Positions 10,886 to 20,551 of a stretch of DNA of 64,000 nt are shown one piece after another. Position numbers and translations under genes: made by a program. Every line of letters begins with the position of its first letter. Position 1 is the stretch's first letter. Source of the DNA: Veillonella sp. (GTDB lineage Bacteria > Bacillota > Negativicutes > Veillonellales > Veillonellaceae); NCBI RefSeq assembly GCF_041333735.1, contig NZ_JBGKFB010000001.1, positions 561,376 to 625,375 of the forward strand, written 5' to 3'. Under the pieces are notes generated by a model. It did not search any database. It saw only the letters and a program-made list of their open reading frames with translations, and was not told where the DNA came from.

Positions 10886-12385
10886 TTAGTGAGCTATGGT
10901 TCTCACGATGTTTGTGAAAGCTTTAATCTTCTCATCGTCTTTCACGCCATTTGTTTCAATGCCGCTACTAATATCTATGCCATAAGGGCGAACTGTGCGG
11001 ATAGCACGCGCCACGTTAGTACTGTCGATCCCACCTGCAAGCATAAACGGACGTTCAAACTCATCCAAGCAAGACCAGTCGAACACTTCACCCGTACCGC
11101 CACGCTCGTCCTTGTGGTACGCATCAAATAATAACATATCAGCACTGCTATCGATCCACTCTTCTGCATTTGCAGCACTTCGGATTTGAACAGCCTTCCA
11201 AACCTCTACGTCTGTTTTCTCTTTGAGAGCTTGGATGAAAGCTTCATCTTCATCGCCGTGCAATTGCACCGCATCAAGATTGACTTCTTTAACGATTATA
11301 ACGAGATTATCTAACGTTTCATTGACGAAGACGCCTACCGTTTTAATAGCTTCAGAATTGGTGTTTTCTTCGCCAAATCCATTAGTATCTTGTGTTCCCT
11401 CAGCGTTCACTGGCACCGTATTTGTATCATAAGTTTTTGCATATTGTTTATGTAGTTCTTCCACTAATGTTTTAGCTTGATCTACAGTAACTTGTCGTTT
11501 ACTTGGTGCAAATACAAGGCCCATGTAGTCTGGCTTTGCTTCTACTACAGCAGGGATTGTTTCCACCTTAGAGATGCCACACATCTTAACCTTCGGAGTG
11601 TAGTAAGTCGGGCCGTAGAGATATGCCAGTTTCTCAACCTTGTTAGGCGAACGCATAAAGGTTTCACCCATCAAGGCTACGCCGATGTTGTTATCGCGCA
11701 ATACTTGGATATCCTTTGGCGTTTCTAGGCCACTTTCAGATACGAAGATCACATCGTCTTCAACAAGATTACGCAAGCGCACGCTATTTTGTACGTCTAC
11801 AGTAAAGTCTTTCAAGTTGCGATTATTAACGCCAATAATGCGGGCACCGCAATCGATAGCCATTTGTACCTCATGCTCATCGTGAGCCTCTACTAAGGAG
11901 GACAAGCCAAGAGAGTCGGCTAACTCACGGAACTTCGTCAATGTAGGCACATCTAAGCACGCGCAAATCAAGAGGATAGCACTAGCGCCCCACACCTTCG
12001 CTTGGTAGATTTGGTATTCATCGATGATGAAGTCCTTGCGAAGGACAGGGATTTTTACAGTACTAGCAATTTCTTGCAAATATTTTTTGTCCCCTTTAAA
12101 GAAGTCTGGCTCAGTCAATACAGAGATGGCTGCTGCACCAGCTACTTCATATTCTTTGGCGATGTCTAAATATGGAAAATGTTCAGCAATAATACCCTTT
12201 GAAGGAGACGCCTTCTTTACTTCGCAAATGAAGTTAAAGTCTTGCTGGCGAAGGGCTGCTTCAAAAGGAAATCCTGTATCGGATGGTAACGCTAAGGCCG
12301 CTGCTTTCACAGCCTCAGGCGTTTCCACCTCTTTTTCTTGGGCCACTCGAACTTTGGTAGCCTCTACAATCTTATCTAAAATCAA
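10886..12385 (-). CDS. trpCF: Bifunctional indole-3-glycerol phosphate synthase / phosphoribosylanthranilate isomerase
   Basis: EVKKASPSKG, LRKDFIID, GVNNRNL (TrpC) followed by VKMCGI, QLHGDE, LAGG, DISSGIE (TrpF); TTG start. Confidence 0.96.
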   Translation of the reverse strand: MILDKIVEATKVRVAQEKEVETPEAVKAAALALPSDTGFPFEAALRQQDFNFICEVKKASPSKGIIAEHFPYLDIAKEYEVAGAAAISVLTEPDFFKGDKKYLQEIASTVKIPVLRKDFIIDEYQIYQAKVWGASAILLICACLDVPTLTKFRELADSLGLSSLVEAHDEHEVQMAIDCGARIIGVNNRNLKDFTVDVQNSVRLRNLVEDDVIFVSESGLETPKDIQVLRDNNIGVALMGETFMRSPNKVEKLAYLYGPTYYTPKVKMCGISKVETIPAVVEAKPDYMGLVFAPSKRQVTVDQAKTLVEELHKQYAKTYDTNTVPVNAEGTQDTNGFGEENTNSEAIKTVGVFVNETLDNLVIIVKEVNLDAVQLHGDEDEAFIQALKEKTDVEVWKAVQIRSAANAEEWIDSSADMLLFDAYHKDERGGTGEVFDWSCLDEFERPFMLAGGIDSTNVARAIRTVRPYGIDISSGIETNGVKDDEKIKAFTNIVRTIAH

Positions 12386-12388
12386 TGG

Positions 12389-13399
12389 TTATACCTCTTG
12401 GGTTGCTTTCACAAATTGTTCCATTGTGGCAAGCGCCTTGCCAGAGTCGATCATATTTTTCGCCTCTTCAATGCCTTCTGCTAATGTAATGCCATCTTTT
12501 GCAAGATAAATCGCCATACCAGCGTTAAGAAGAACGGCTGTGCGTTTACCACCTTGCTCACCACCGAGAACGCGGCGTGTAATCGCAGCATTTACAGTAG
12601 CGTCGCCACCTTCAAGCTCAGTTTTATCAGCATATTCGAAACCATATTCTTTAGGGTCGAATTCATAGCTTGTGAAAGTGCCATTATTAATTTCGCATAC
12701 GTACGTTTTGTTGGTAGCTGTAATTTCATCAAGGCCGTCAAAGCCGTGTACCACTGCACCGCGTTTAACGCCAAGGTTAGCCAATACGCGAGCCAATGGT
12801 TCTACTAAAGATTTATCGTACACGCCCATCAACTCTACTGTAGCACCTGCTGGGTTTGCCAAAGGTCCAAGGATATTAAATACGGTACGAACGCCTAACG
12901 CTTTACGTACAGGTCCTGCATACTTCATAGCTTGGTGATATACAGGGGCAAACATAAAGCACATATTTGCTTTATTAAGAACTGCTTCGTTTTGTTCGCC
13001 ATTAAGCTCTAATTTAGCGCCCAATGCTTCGATTAAGTCAGCAGCGCCACATTTACTAGATACACTGCGGTTACCATGTTTCGCTACAGGAATACCTGCT
13101 GCAGAAATGATAAAACCAGATGTAGTAGAAATGTTGAACGTATTAGCTTCGTCGCCGCCAGTACCTACGATTTCTACAACAGTACCTTCATGAGGCACAG
13201 AACCAGCCTTCTCGCGCATAACCTCAGCGAAAGCCGTAACCTCATCTACAGTAGGGCCTTTCGCTGCAAGAGCACACAAGAAACCAGCCATAGGAACCTC
13301 GGCTACCTCGCCACTCATAATTTTATTCATTGTATCTTTAGCAAGATCGTAGGATAAATCCTGACCATGCGTTACTGCATATAATGCGTCTTTAATCAT
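12389..13399 (-). CDS. trpD: Anthranilate phosphoribosyltransferase
   Basis: GTGGD, NISTT, KHGNRSVSSKCG, GLDE. Confidence 0.98.
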   Translation of the reverse strand: MIKDALYAVTHGQDLSYDLAKDTMNKIMSGEVAEVPMAGFLCALAAKGPTVDEVTAFAEVMREKAGSVPHEGTVVEIVGTGGDEANTFNISTTSGFIISAAGIPVAKHGNRSVSSKCGAADLIEALGAKLELNGEQNEAVLNKANMCFMFAPVYHQAMKYAGPVRKALGVRTVFNILGPLANPAGATVELMGVYDKSLVEPLARVLANLGVKRGAVVHGFDGLDEITATNKTYVCEINNGTFTSYEFDPKEYGFEYADKTELEGGDATVNAAITRRVLGGEQGGKRTAVLLNAGMAIYLAKDGITLAEGIEEAKNMIDSGKALATMEQFVKATQEV

Positions 13400-13439
13400 T
13401 TTAAATCTCCTTTTGAGGATATCTATTAAATTAATACCA

Positions 13440-13910
13440 TTCTACCTAGTCGGTACCGATTGGGTCATGCCCTCAGCCTCCAAGAGGCCACCCCCCGCTA
13501 TGCGGGGCGCCAAGTCGGCTTCACACATAACCCAATCGAACCTATCAACAAAATCATACCAATTTAATAGATATCCCTCAAACAAACTATTATCAAATGA
13601 TCCTGCGCATTATATGGAGTAACGCACAGGTCATTCCTTTATAGGGGGTGGGAATGGTGGTGCTACGCACCACCACTTCTTAGATAAGGGGTTCTGATTC
13701 GCATATTTTTTAGAAAATATATCTACAGTTCATCTAATGTATTGTAGAGGGGCTATTATTAGGTACTGTCTAGATTCAGTTGGCAGGAAATAAGATCTTA
13801 AGGAACGACTTGGCGGCCCCACATAGTGGGGTGGGTGGCCATCGGAGTTCCGAGAGACCTTATTTCTGCCTTATCGTTCTAGATCTTAAAAATAGCCCCT
13901 CGAATACCTA
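13440..13910. repeat. Structured non-coding insert containing two inverted REP-like hairpin units
   Basis: 13486-13517 approximately matches the reverse complement of 13806-13840; nested stems 13747-13757 with 13891-13901 and 13782-13794 with 13859-13870; hairpin 13655-13675. Confidence 0.75.
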
Positions 13911-13923
13911 AAATAGACTGTAG

Positions 13924-14490
13924 CTATTTTTGTAAGAAATTGCGAATCATTTGTTCCCCGTTCGGTGTCATGATGGATTCCGGATGGAATTGCACACCGT
14001 AGATTGGGTAGTCTTTGTGTTCTACGCTCATTACTTCGCCGTCATCGGTAATGGATGTAACGATGAGTTCGCTTGGCATTGTTTCGTCAATAATCGCCAA
14101 TGAGTGGTAGCGAGCCACTTCAAATTGTTCTGGTACGCCTTTAAGGATTTTGGATGGGTGTACTTGTTTGGCTACGCTTTGTTTGCCGTGCATAACTTGT
14201 TTTGCGTAGGAAACGGTGCCGCCGAATACTTCGCCGATGGCTTGGTGACCAAGGCATACGCCGAGGATTGGGAATTCACCTTTGCATTCGCGCAATAGGT
14301 CTTCGTATACGCCCGCATCAGCTGGTCTGCCAGGTCCTGGTGAAAGTATTACATAGTCTGGTTTTAAAGCACGGATTTCTTCAACTGTTAATTCATCACT
14401 GCGGATGACTTTAATATCTGGATCGATAGAGCCTACTAATTGGTATAAATTGAAGGAGAAGCTATCGTAATTATCTATAAGGAGTACCAT
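13924..14490 (-). CDS. trpG: Anthranilate synthase component II (glutamine amidotransferase)
   Basis: IDNYDSF, SPGPG, GVCLGHQ, QFHPES. Confidence 0.96.
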   Translation of the reverse strand: MVLLIDNYDSFSFNLYQLVGSIDPDIKVIRSDELTVEEIRALKPDYVILSPGPGRPADAGVYEDLLRECKGEFPILGVCLGHQAIGEVFGGTVSYAKQVMHGKQSVAKQVHPSKILKGVPEQFEVARYHSLAIIDETMPSELIVTSITDDGEVMSVEHKDYPIYGVQFHPESIMTPNGEQMIRNFLQK

Positions 14491-15959
14491 TATTCTACCT
14501 CCTGTGCATCTGTAATTGCGGAAATCATGGATTGGCCTTTAATCAATGTTTCATTGTATTCACTAGCAGGTACGCTATCACGAACGATACCTGCGCCAGC
14601 GCGAACATAGACCTTACCGCCTTTATTCATAGCCATGCGGATACCGATACATACGTCCATGTTACCAGAGAAATCAATGTAACCTACAGCGCCACCGTAT
14701 ACACCGCGTGGGCTTTTTTCAAGTTCGTGTAAAATCTCGATAGCACGGATTTTAGGAGCCCCGGACAATGTGCCTGCCGGCAATGTAGCACCGATAGCAT
14801 CCAGAGCATCTTTGCCGTCTTGAATGTCACCGCTTACAGTAGATGTAATATGAATTACATGAGAGAAACGTTGCAGCATATGCAATGCTTCAACTTTTAC
14901 AGAACCGAATTTAGCAATTTTACCTAAGTCGTTACGGCCAAGGTCAACGAGCATGTTATGTTCAGCCAACTCTTTTTCGTCATTGATGAGTTTTTCCTCA
15001 ATAGCGAGATCCTCTGCTTCGTTTTTACCGCGACGCATAGTGCCTGCAATTGGGAAGGTATACATTTTGCCGTCCGTTAATTTTACCAATGTTTCTGGCG
15101 AGGCACCTGTAAGCTCTACATCGCCACCAGATAAGTAGAACATATATGGAGATGGGTTCAACGTACGCAATACGCGGTATGCATTTAACAAGCTACCTTC
15201 AAACTCAGCTTCACGACGATTAGATACAACACATTGGAAGATATCCCCTTCCTTAATGTAGTGCTGTGTCTTTTTAACAACTGCTTCGAACTCATCCTTT
15301 GTAAACTCAGAAGTGAACTCTGTTTTAAGGATGCCTTTTGGAACTTCCGCCTCTTTGCCGTTTACTACGAGATCAGCTAGTGCTTTAAGTTCAAGCTCAG
15401 CCTTGTTGTAGTTACGTTCTAAATCATTTGTGCTGATGTTAGCAATCAAGTAGATTTTATTCTTATAATGGTCGAAAGCGATGACCTTATCAAAGAGCAT
15501 AAGGTCTACATCGTTCACCATAGCAGAGTCATCATCTAGTGTTGGGAAGTCCAATGTTGGCTCGATATAGCGGATATATTCACAAGCAAAGTACCCTACA
15601 AAGCCACCTGTAAAGGTTGGCAACTCTTCTAAGCGAGGGCTTTTGTATTGGCTCAAAATATTGCGAATTTCTGCGGCAGGATCAGAGCACTCAAAAGTAC
15701 GAGTGGTACCGTCTTTTATAGTCATTTTATGATTTTTACAGAAAAGCTCAATCTTAGGGTCGTAGCCTAAAAAGGAGTAACGACCCCAATGATTACTATT
15801 ATCCGCACTTTCAAGCAAGTACGTATGACTGCTCACTTGTTTTAACGCTTTCAACACACTAATTGGTGTGCGTACGTCGGATAAAATTTCCATATATACA
15901 GGCACGATATCGTAGCCCGGTGCGATAGCTTTCACACGGTCAAGACTAGGGAAAATCAT
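14490..15959 (-). CDS. trpE: Anthranilate synthase component I
   Basis: LLES, NPSPY, ASPE, EHNMLVDLGRND, PAGTLSGAPK; start set at MIFPSL after GGAGG. Confidence 0.97.
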   Translation of the reverse strand: MIFPSLDRVKAIAPGYDIVPVYMEILSDVRTPISVLKALKQVSSHTYLLESADNSNHWGRYSFLGYDPKIELFCKNHKMTIKDGTTRTFECSDPAAEIRNILSQYKSPRLEELPTFTGGFVGYFACEYIRYIEPTLDFPTLDDDSAMVNDVDLMLFDKVIAFDHYKNKIYLIANISTNDLERNYNKAELELKALADLVVNGKEAEVPKGILKTEFTSEFTKDEFEAVVKKTQHYIKEGDIFQCVVSNRREAEFEGSLLNAYRVLRTLNPSPYMFYLSGGDVELTGASPETLVKLTDGKMYTFPIAGTMRRGKNEAEDLAIEEKLINDEKELAEHNMLVDLGRNDLGKIAKFGSVKVEALHMLQRFSHVIHITSTVSGDIQDGKDALDAIGATLPAGTLSGAPKIRAIEILHELEKSPRGVYGGAVGYIDFSGNMDVCIGIRMAMNKGGKVYVRAGAGIVRDSVPASEYNETLIKGQSMISAITDAQEVE

Positions 15960-15984
15960 GAAAACCTCCATCTGGCGTTTGCCA

Positions 15985-16305
15985 ATAAAAAAACTCGCCC
16001 ATGACAATGTAACGTCAAGGACGAGTCTATAGTTCTATCTTTACAAGAGTATTAGAAAATACTTGTATTATGCTATAAATCGCGGTACCACCTTGTTTGA
16101 ATGCAGTGCATTCCCCTTTCGCAGGATACTAACATATCCCTCACGACTAACGCTCGTGTGACGTCGCACCATACTAGGAATGAAAGTTCATTCTGTTCCA
16201 TGCGCCCTCGGTGGTCCATTTAATAAGCTGCGTACTACGGGTTCTCAGCTAATCCCGCTCTCTGTGAGTGCATTTCCTATTTTTATCTCCACCTCATCGG
16301 TTTCT
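15985..16305 (-). promoter_or_regulatory. Trp T-box riboswitch
   Basis: AAGGTGGTACCGCG (16081-16094), AGAGA/GCTGA motifs, UGG specifier at 16216-16218, terminator ACTCGTCC...GGGCGAGTTTTTTT; promoter TTGACT-N18-TATAAT at 16333-16362. Confidence 0.93.
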
Positions 16306-16497
16306 TTTAGGCGAGTATAAAATTATAATCTGATTATAATGTTTCTATAGAATGAAAGTCAAGAAAAATCTCAACTATCCGCATAATTCTAGACTAATTT
16401 ATTAATTTATTTTCTAATATTTATAATGCATAACAACCTATATCACGTTATACTATAAGATACATACTAGTATTCATTTATTTATTTAGGAGTCTTT

Positions 16498-17676
16498 ATG
16501 GAAACATGGAAACGAACGGTATACATCAGTTTAGTCTGTGTATTCTGTACAGCCTTTGGTGTAAGTCAGCTAGCTCCAATCCTACCTTTATACTTTCATG
16601 ATTTAGGCGTCCAAACACCAGAAGCAATGTCCTTATGGTCTGGTTTAGCAACCGGTGCAACCTACATAATCGTTTGCTTGGCTGCTCCATTTTGGGGGCG
16701 TGTTGCTGACAAAAAAGGTCGTAAAATTACATTAATACGATCTAGCTTTGGTATGGCCTTATGTAATGTTTTGATTGCCTTTCAAACAACCCCAGAGGGA
16801 GTCGTACTAATTCGTTTAATTCAAGGGCTTGTAAGTGGCTTTTACTCTGCATCAATCACCTTGATTGCGTCAGAAACACCTATCGAACGAACTGGTTGGG
16901 CTTTAGGTCTACTAGCTTCTGCCAACCTTGCTGGTTCACTGATTGGACCTCTATTAGGTGGCTACATTGCAGATACAGTTGGTATTCGCAATGACTTTAT
17001 CATCGTCGGTGCCCTCATGGGCTTAGCTGGTGTGCTAGCCACTATATTCATCCATGAAAATTATGTACCACAGCCTAATCCGGAAAAACTTTCTATCCGC
17101 AAGTTGAAAGAGCAAATACCGGAATTTAATAGTATTGTCGCTCTATGTGTGGCCTCCTTTATCTATGCAATATGCATCATGTCCTTACAACCTGTTATCT
17201 CTGTATATATTAAAGGAATCGTTCCTAGCAATACAGAAAATCTCGCATTTATTGCAGGTGCCGTATTCTCCGCTATGGGTATTGCCCAACTTATGAGTAG
17301 CTCTCCACTAGGTAAATTGGTCGATAAAATTGGCCCCCGTAAAGTATTAGTAGTATCTCTTATCTATGTAGGGATTCTAAATATCCCTCAAGCCTATGTT
17401 TCCGATGTATATCAACTTGCCATCATTAGATTCCTTCAAGGTTTTGGGTTAGGCGGTATGCTTCCTGCTTTAAACACCTACCTATCTTCAAAAACACCTC
17501 GAGAATTTACAGGCCAAGTATTCTCCTATAATCAATCCTGTCTATTCTTTGGTTATTTCTTAGGATCCATTGGCGGTGCTAGCCTTATGGCATGGCTAGG
17601 CTTTACTACACTATTCTGGGTTAGTGGTGGCTTATTTATTATTTCCGCTCTATGGATTGGTTTCAAACTTAAATAA
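16498..17676 (+). CDS. MFS transporter (DHA1/MdtG-like)
   Basis: WGRVADKKGRK motif A; about 12 hydrophobic segments. Confidence 0.9.
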   Translation: METWKRTVYISLVCVFCTAFGVSQLAPILPLYFHDLGVQTPEAMSLWSGLATGATYIIVCLAAPFWGRVADKKGRKITLIRSSFGMALCNVLIAFQTTPEGVVLIRLIQGLVSGFYSASITLIASETPIERTGWALGLLASANLAGSLIGPLLGGYIADTVGIRNDFIIVGALMGLAGVLATIFIHENYVPQPNPEKLSIRKLKEQIPEFNSIVALCVASFIYAICIMSLQPVISVYIKGIVPSNTENLAFIAGAVFSAMGIAQLMSSSPLGKLVDKIGPRKVLVVSLIYVGILNIPQAYVSDVYQLAIIRFLQGFGLGGMLPALNTYLSSKTPREFTGQVFSYNQSCLFFGYFLGSIGGASLMAWLGFTTLFWVSGGLFIISALWIGFKLK

Positions 17677-17695
17677 TAGAACTCTACAATATAAA

Positions 17696-17735
17696 GAGAA
17701 CCCCATCATGATGTTAATCATAATGGGGTTCTTTT
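17696..17735. terminator. Bidirectional terminator
   Basis: GAACCCCATCATGAT...ATCATAATGGGGTTCTTTT between convergent genes. Confidence 0.8.
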
Positions 17736-17813
17736 ATTGCGAGTTTTAACTTTAGAGTCCTAGAACAACTATGTTTTATTGAATTATAATTGACCAACTA
17801 CATTAGTATTTAA

Positions 17814-19079
17814 TTATAGTAACAATAGCATAATCACTACTGTAGCAATAATACATGGTACAGCATTACGTTTCGCCATTTCCATAGGGTTAATACCAGC
17901 AAGGCCGGCAATAATAATACCTGCACCTGCTACTGGACTCATACTACGACCGATGCCAGCACCTAATTGGGCCATGGAGCCCAATTGCATAATGCCATAC
18001 CCAAAGTCTGCCGCATGCGGTGTAACAGCACCGTTAAACGCAAGGGCTGCTGCATTACCAGAACCAGAGATAACTGCCAATAAGAACGGACCAAAGGCAG
18101 CACCAATCTGAGCAATTTGTTGAGAGTTCTTCATGCCATCAATAAGTGCACTTGTAAGCCCAATGTACTGCATACCCGCAGTAAAGGCTGCCGCCGCAGC
18201 CATAAGACCTACTACATCGCACATGCCATCGCCAGTACCACGGAAGAATTTCTTAACTGCATCTGTTACATTAGGTCGTACCACAATAATACCAATCGCC
18301 GTACCAATTAACATGGACACAGGAACAGAAATCTCTGGAATCACTGCTACTTGTTTACTACCGAGTACAAGTAATACAAGTGGAATGATTGGGATGATGG
18401 CATATAAGTAATTTACCTTAAATTCTTTACCTTCTTCTTCGTTAGCATCTTTCAATACATATCCTGTATGCTCTTTCTTAACGATAGCTACGATATTGAG
18501 CAAAATAGCTGCTACGACAATGCCAATAATGGCTTGCATAGAGAAGCTAGCAATAACGGTCATTACATCTTCGCCAGCGAGTTGTGCCACTTGAGGGTTA
18601 AACATAAGACCAGGACTCAATGCACTACCCCAAGTCCCTAAGAAAATAGCAGAGCCTGCCATCGCTGGATGCACACCGGAGCGAATAAGTGCAGGAATTA
18701 ATAGAGCACCTACTGCAGCTGCACAACCTGCCGCTGTAGGTAACGCAATGTTGATCAAGAACGTAATAATAACAGCACCAGGAATGATAATTTTAGTCAT
18801 CTTTTTAAGGCCTGCAGAGATGAAATATACCATGTGCTCTGTACATTTTGTATACTCCATAACATAACTAAAACCAAGCACTGTACAAATGGTTGGTACA
18901 AGACCTGGATTTGTAAGCTCTTTTACAAAGGCTGTCGTACCAGCACCAAGCTGCCCACCAATAAAGCACATTAATAAGCCCGATAGCAATAAAACGAGCC
19001 GTGTTTCAAACTGTTTAATAATGGCAATAAATGTCGCCACTACAATAACAATACCAGCAATAACCATAATCTCTCCCAT
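17814..19079 (-). CDS. DcuC-family (C4-dicarboxylate-type) transporter
   Basis: Very hydrophobic; SGSGNA and GRSMSPVAG DcuC-like motifs. Confidence 0.82.
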   Translation of the reverse strand: MGEIMVIAGIVIVVATFIAIIKQFETRLVLLLSGLLMCFIGGQLGAGTTAFVKELTNPGLVPTICTVLGFSYVMEYTKCTEHMVYFISAGLKKMTKIIIPGAVIITFLINIALPTAAGCAAAVGALLIPALIRSGVHPAMAGSAIFLGTWGSALSPGLMFNPQVAQLAGEDVMTVIASFSMQAIIGIVVAAILLNIVAIVKKEHTGYVLKDANEEEGKEFKVNYLYAIIPIIPLVLLVLGSKQVAVIPEISVPVSMLIGTAIGIIVVRPNVTDAVKKFFRGTGDGMCDVVGLMAAAAAFTAGMQYIGLTSALIDGMKNSQQIAQIGAAFGPFLLAVISGSGNAAALAFNGAVTPHAADFGYGIMQLGSMAQLGAGIGRSMSPVAGAGIIIAGLAGINPMEMAKRNAVPCIIATVVIMLLLL

Positions 19080-19174
19080 CTGTGTAATGTCAGCTCAAAA
19101 TTACTAAAAAACACTGTTCAATCTTAGAGCTGAATTACACTTTTACACAATCTGATATCAACGGATATCTCTAC

Positions 19175-20419
19175 TTACACAAGTTTTGTCATTTCTAAAC
19201 TAAGTTTTCTAAGTACTGTATCCAGTACCTTAGCGCCCGTAACGATGTCATCCATTTCCGCAAATTCAGCCGGATTATGACTAATACCTTCACGACATGG
19301 GATAAAAATCATCCCTGTTGGAACATCATCGGCCCAGTGCATAGCATCATGACCAGCACCGCTTGGCATGGTCATATAGTCTACACCTACAGACTTAACA
19401 GCCTCTTCGATTTCTCGAATCATGGCCGGATGCATCGCTACAGGATGATCCTGTGCGATAGGCTCAATCGTATAGGATAAGCCTCGTTTCTCTGCAATAA
19501 CATCAATAAATTCCTTAATGAGGGTAACTACAGAATCACGGGCCACCTTAGAAATACTGCGAATATCGACTCCCATCTTCACAGCCCCAGGGATAACGTT
19601 CATCGCACCCGGTGTTACCTCAACAACACCGACTGTGCCTACCACTGGAGGCTCCTCTTGCATGGATGCAATCTCCTCAATGCCGAGGATTATTTTTGAA
19701 GCCCCACATAAGGCATCATGACGCAAATTCATTGGCGTAGCACCACTATGGTCCGCATTCCCACGAATGGTTACATAGAACCGCTCTGGTGCGGCAATAC
19801 CAGTTACAACGCCGATGGGTTTTGCTTCATGCTCTAGCACCTTACCTTGTTCGATATGAATTTCTGTGAAAGACTTTACAGGTCGTTCATATTCCATATG
19901 CTCAATAGCATCTGGATTTAAATTACGTTCTTTCAAAGCATCATACAAGGACACACCTTGTTTATCTACTAAGCGTTGTAAATCTTTCAATGTCAATTCA
20001 CCACGCATAGCCTTACTGCCCAATGTGGCAGCTCCAAAGCGGCTAGATTCTTCACACATAAAGTCCACTACTGCAATGGTATGGTCATGTTCAAAACCAT
20101 CATCCATCATACTGCGAATAGCTTCGATAGCAGATAATACGCCTACAACACCATCATAGTTGCCACCATTCGGGACGCTATCCGTATGAGAGCCAACCAT
20201 AACAATCGGTAGCTCAGATTTTTTACCAACCTTATAGCCCATAACATTACCGAAATCATCTATTTCAACAGTCAAGCCCGCATCAGTCATACGGTCAATG
20301 ATATATTGGCGCCCCTTCCAATCTGCATCGGTGAAAGCTAGGCGATTAATACCTTCTCCAGGTGCAGTCAGCTGTGCCATAGCTTCAAAATCTTTAGCTA
20401 AACGCTCTCGTTGAATCAT
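19175..20419 (-). CDS. Zn-dependent M20 amidohydrolase (allantoate amidohydrolase / N-carbamoyl-L-amino-acid hydrolase family)
   Basis: GSHTDSVPNGGNYDG, EESSRF, EIHIEQG, SGAGHDA, SHNPAE. Confidence 0.92.
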   Translation of the reverse strand: MIQRERLAKDFEAMAQLTAPGEGINRLAFTDADWKGRQYIIDRMTDAGLTVEIDDFGNVMGYKVGKKSELPIVMVGSHTDSVPNGGNYDGVVGVLSAIEAIRSMMDDGFEHDHTIAVVDFMCEESSRFGAATLGSKAMRGELTLKDLQRLVDKQGVSLYDALKERNLNPDAIEHMEYERPVKSFTEIHIEQGKVLEHEAKPIGVVTGIAAPERFYVTIRGNADHSGATPMNLRHDALCGASKIILGIEEIASMQEEPPVVGTVGVVEVTPGAMNVIPGAVKMGVDIRSISKVARDSVVTLIKEFIDVIAEKRGLSYTIEPIAQDHPVAMHPAMIREIEEAVKSVGVDYMTMPSGAGHDAMHWADDVPTGMIFIPCREGISHNPAEFAEMDDIVTGAKVLDTVLRKLSLEMTKLV

Positions 20420-20551
20420 ATAACACCTCACAATCTAATACCCATATTACATCTAATATATAGCACACTATACATATTTCGATGCATACATCTATATAGT
20501 TATGTACCTATAGTTTAGATGTATGAATCACAATATCTCAATCAATATGTC

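Noticed and set aside
13413..13622. 69-aa ORF in the trpG-trpD spacer
   Set aside because: No RBS or motif; the region is better explained as structured repeat DNA
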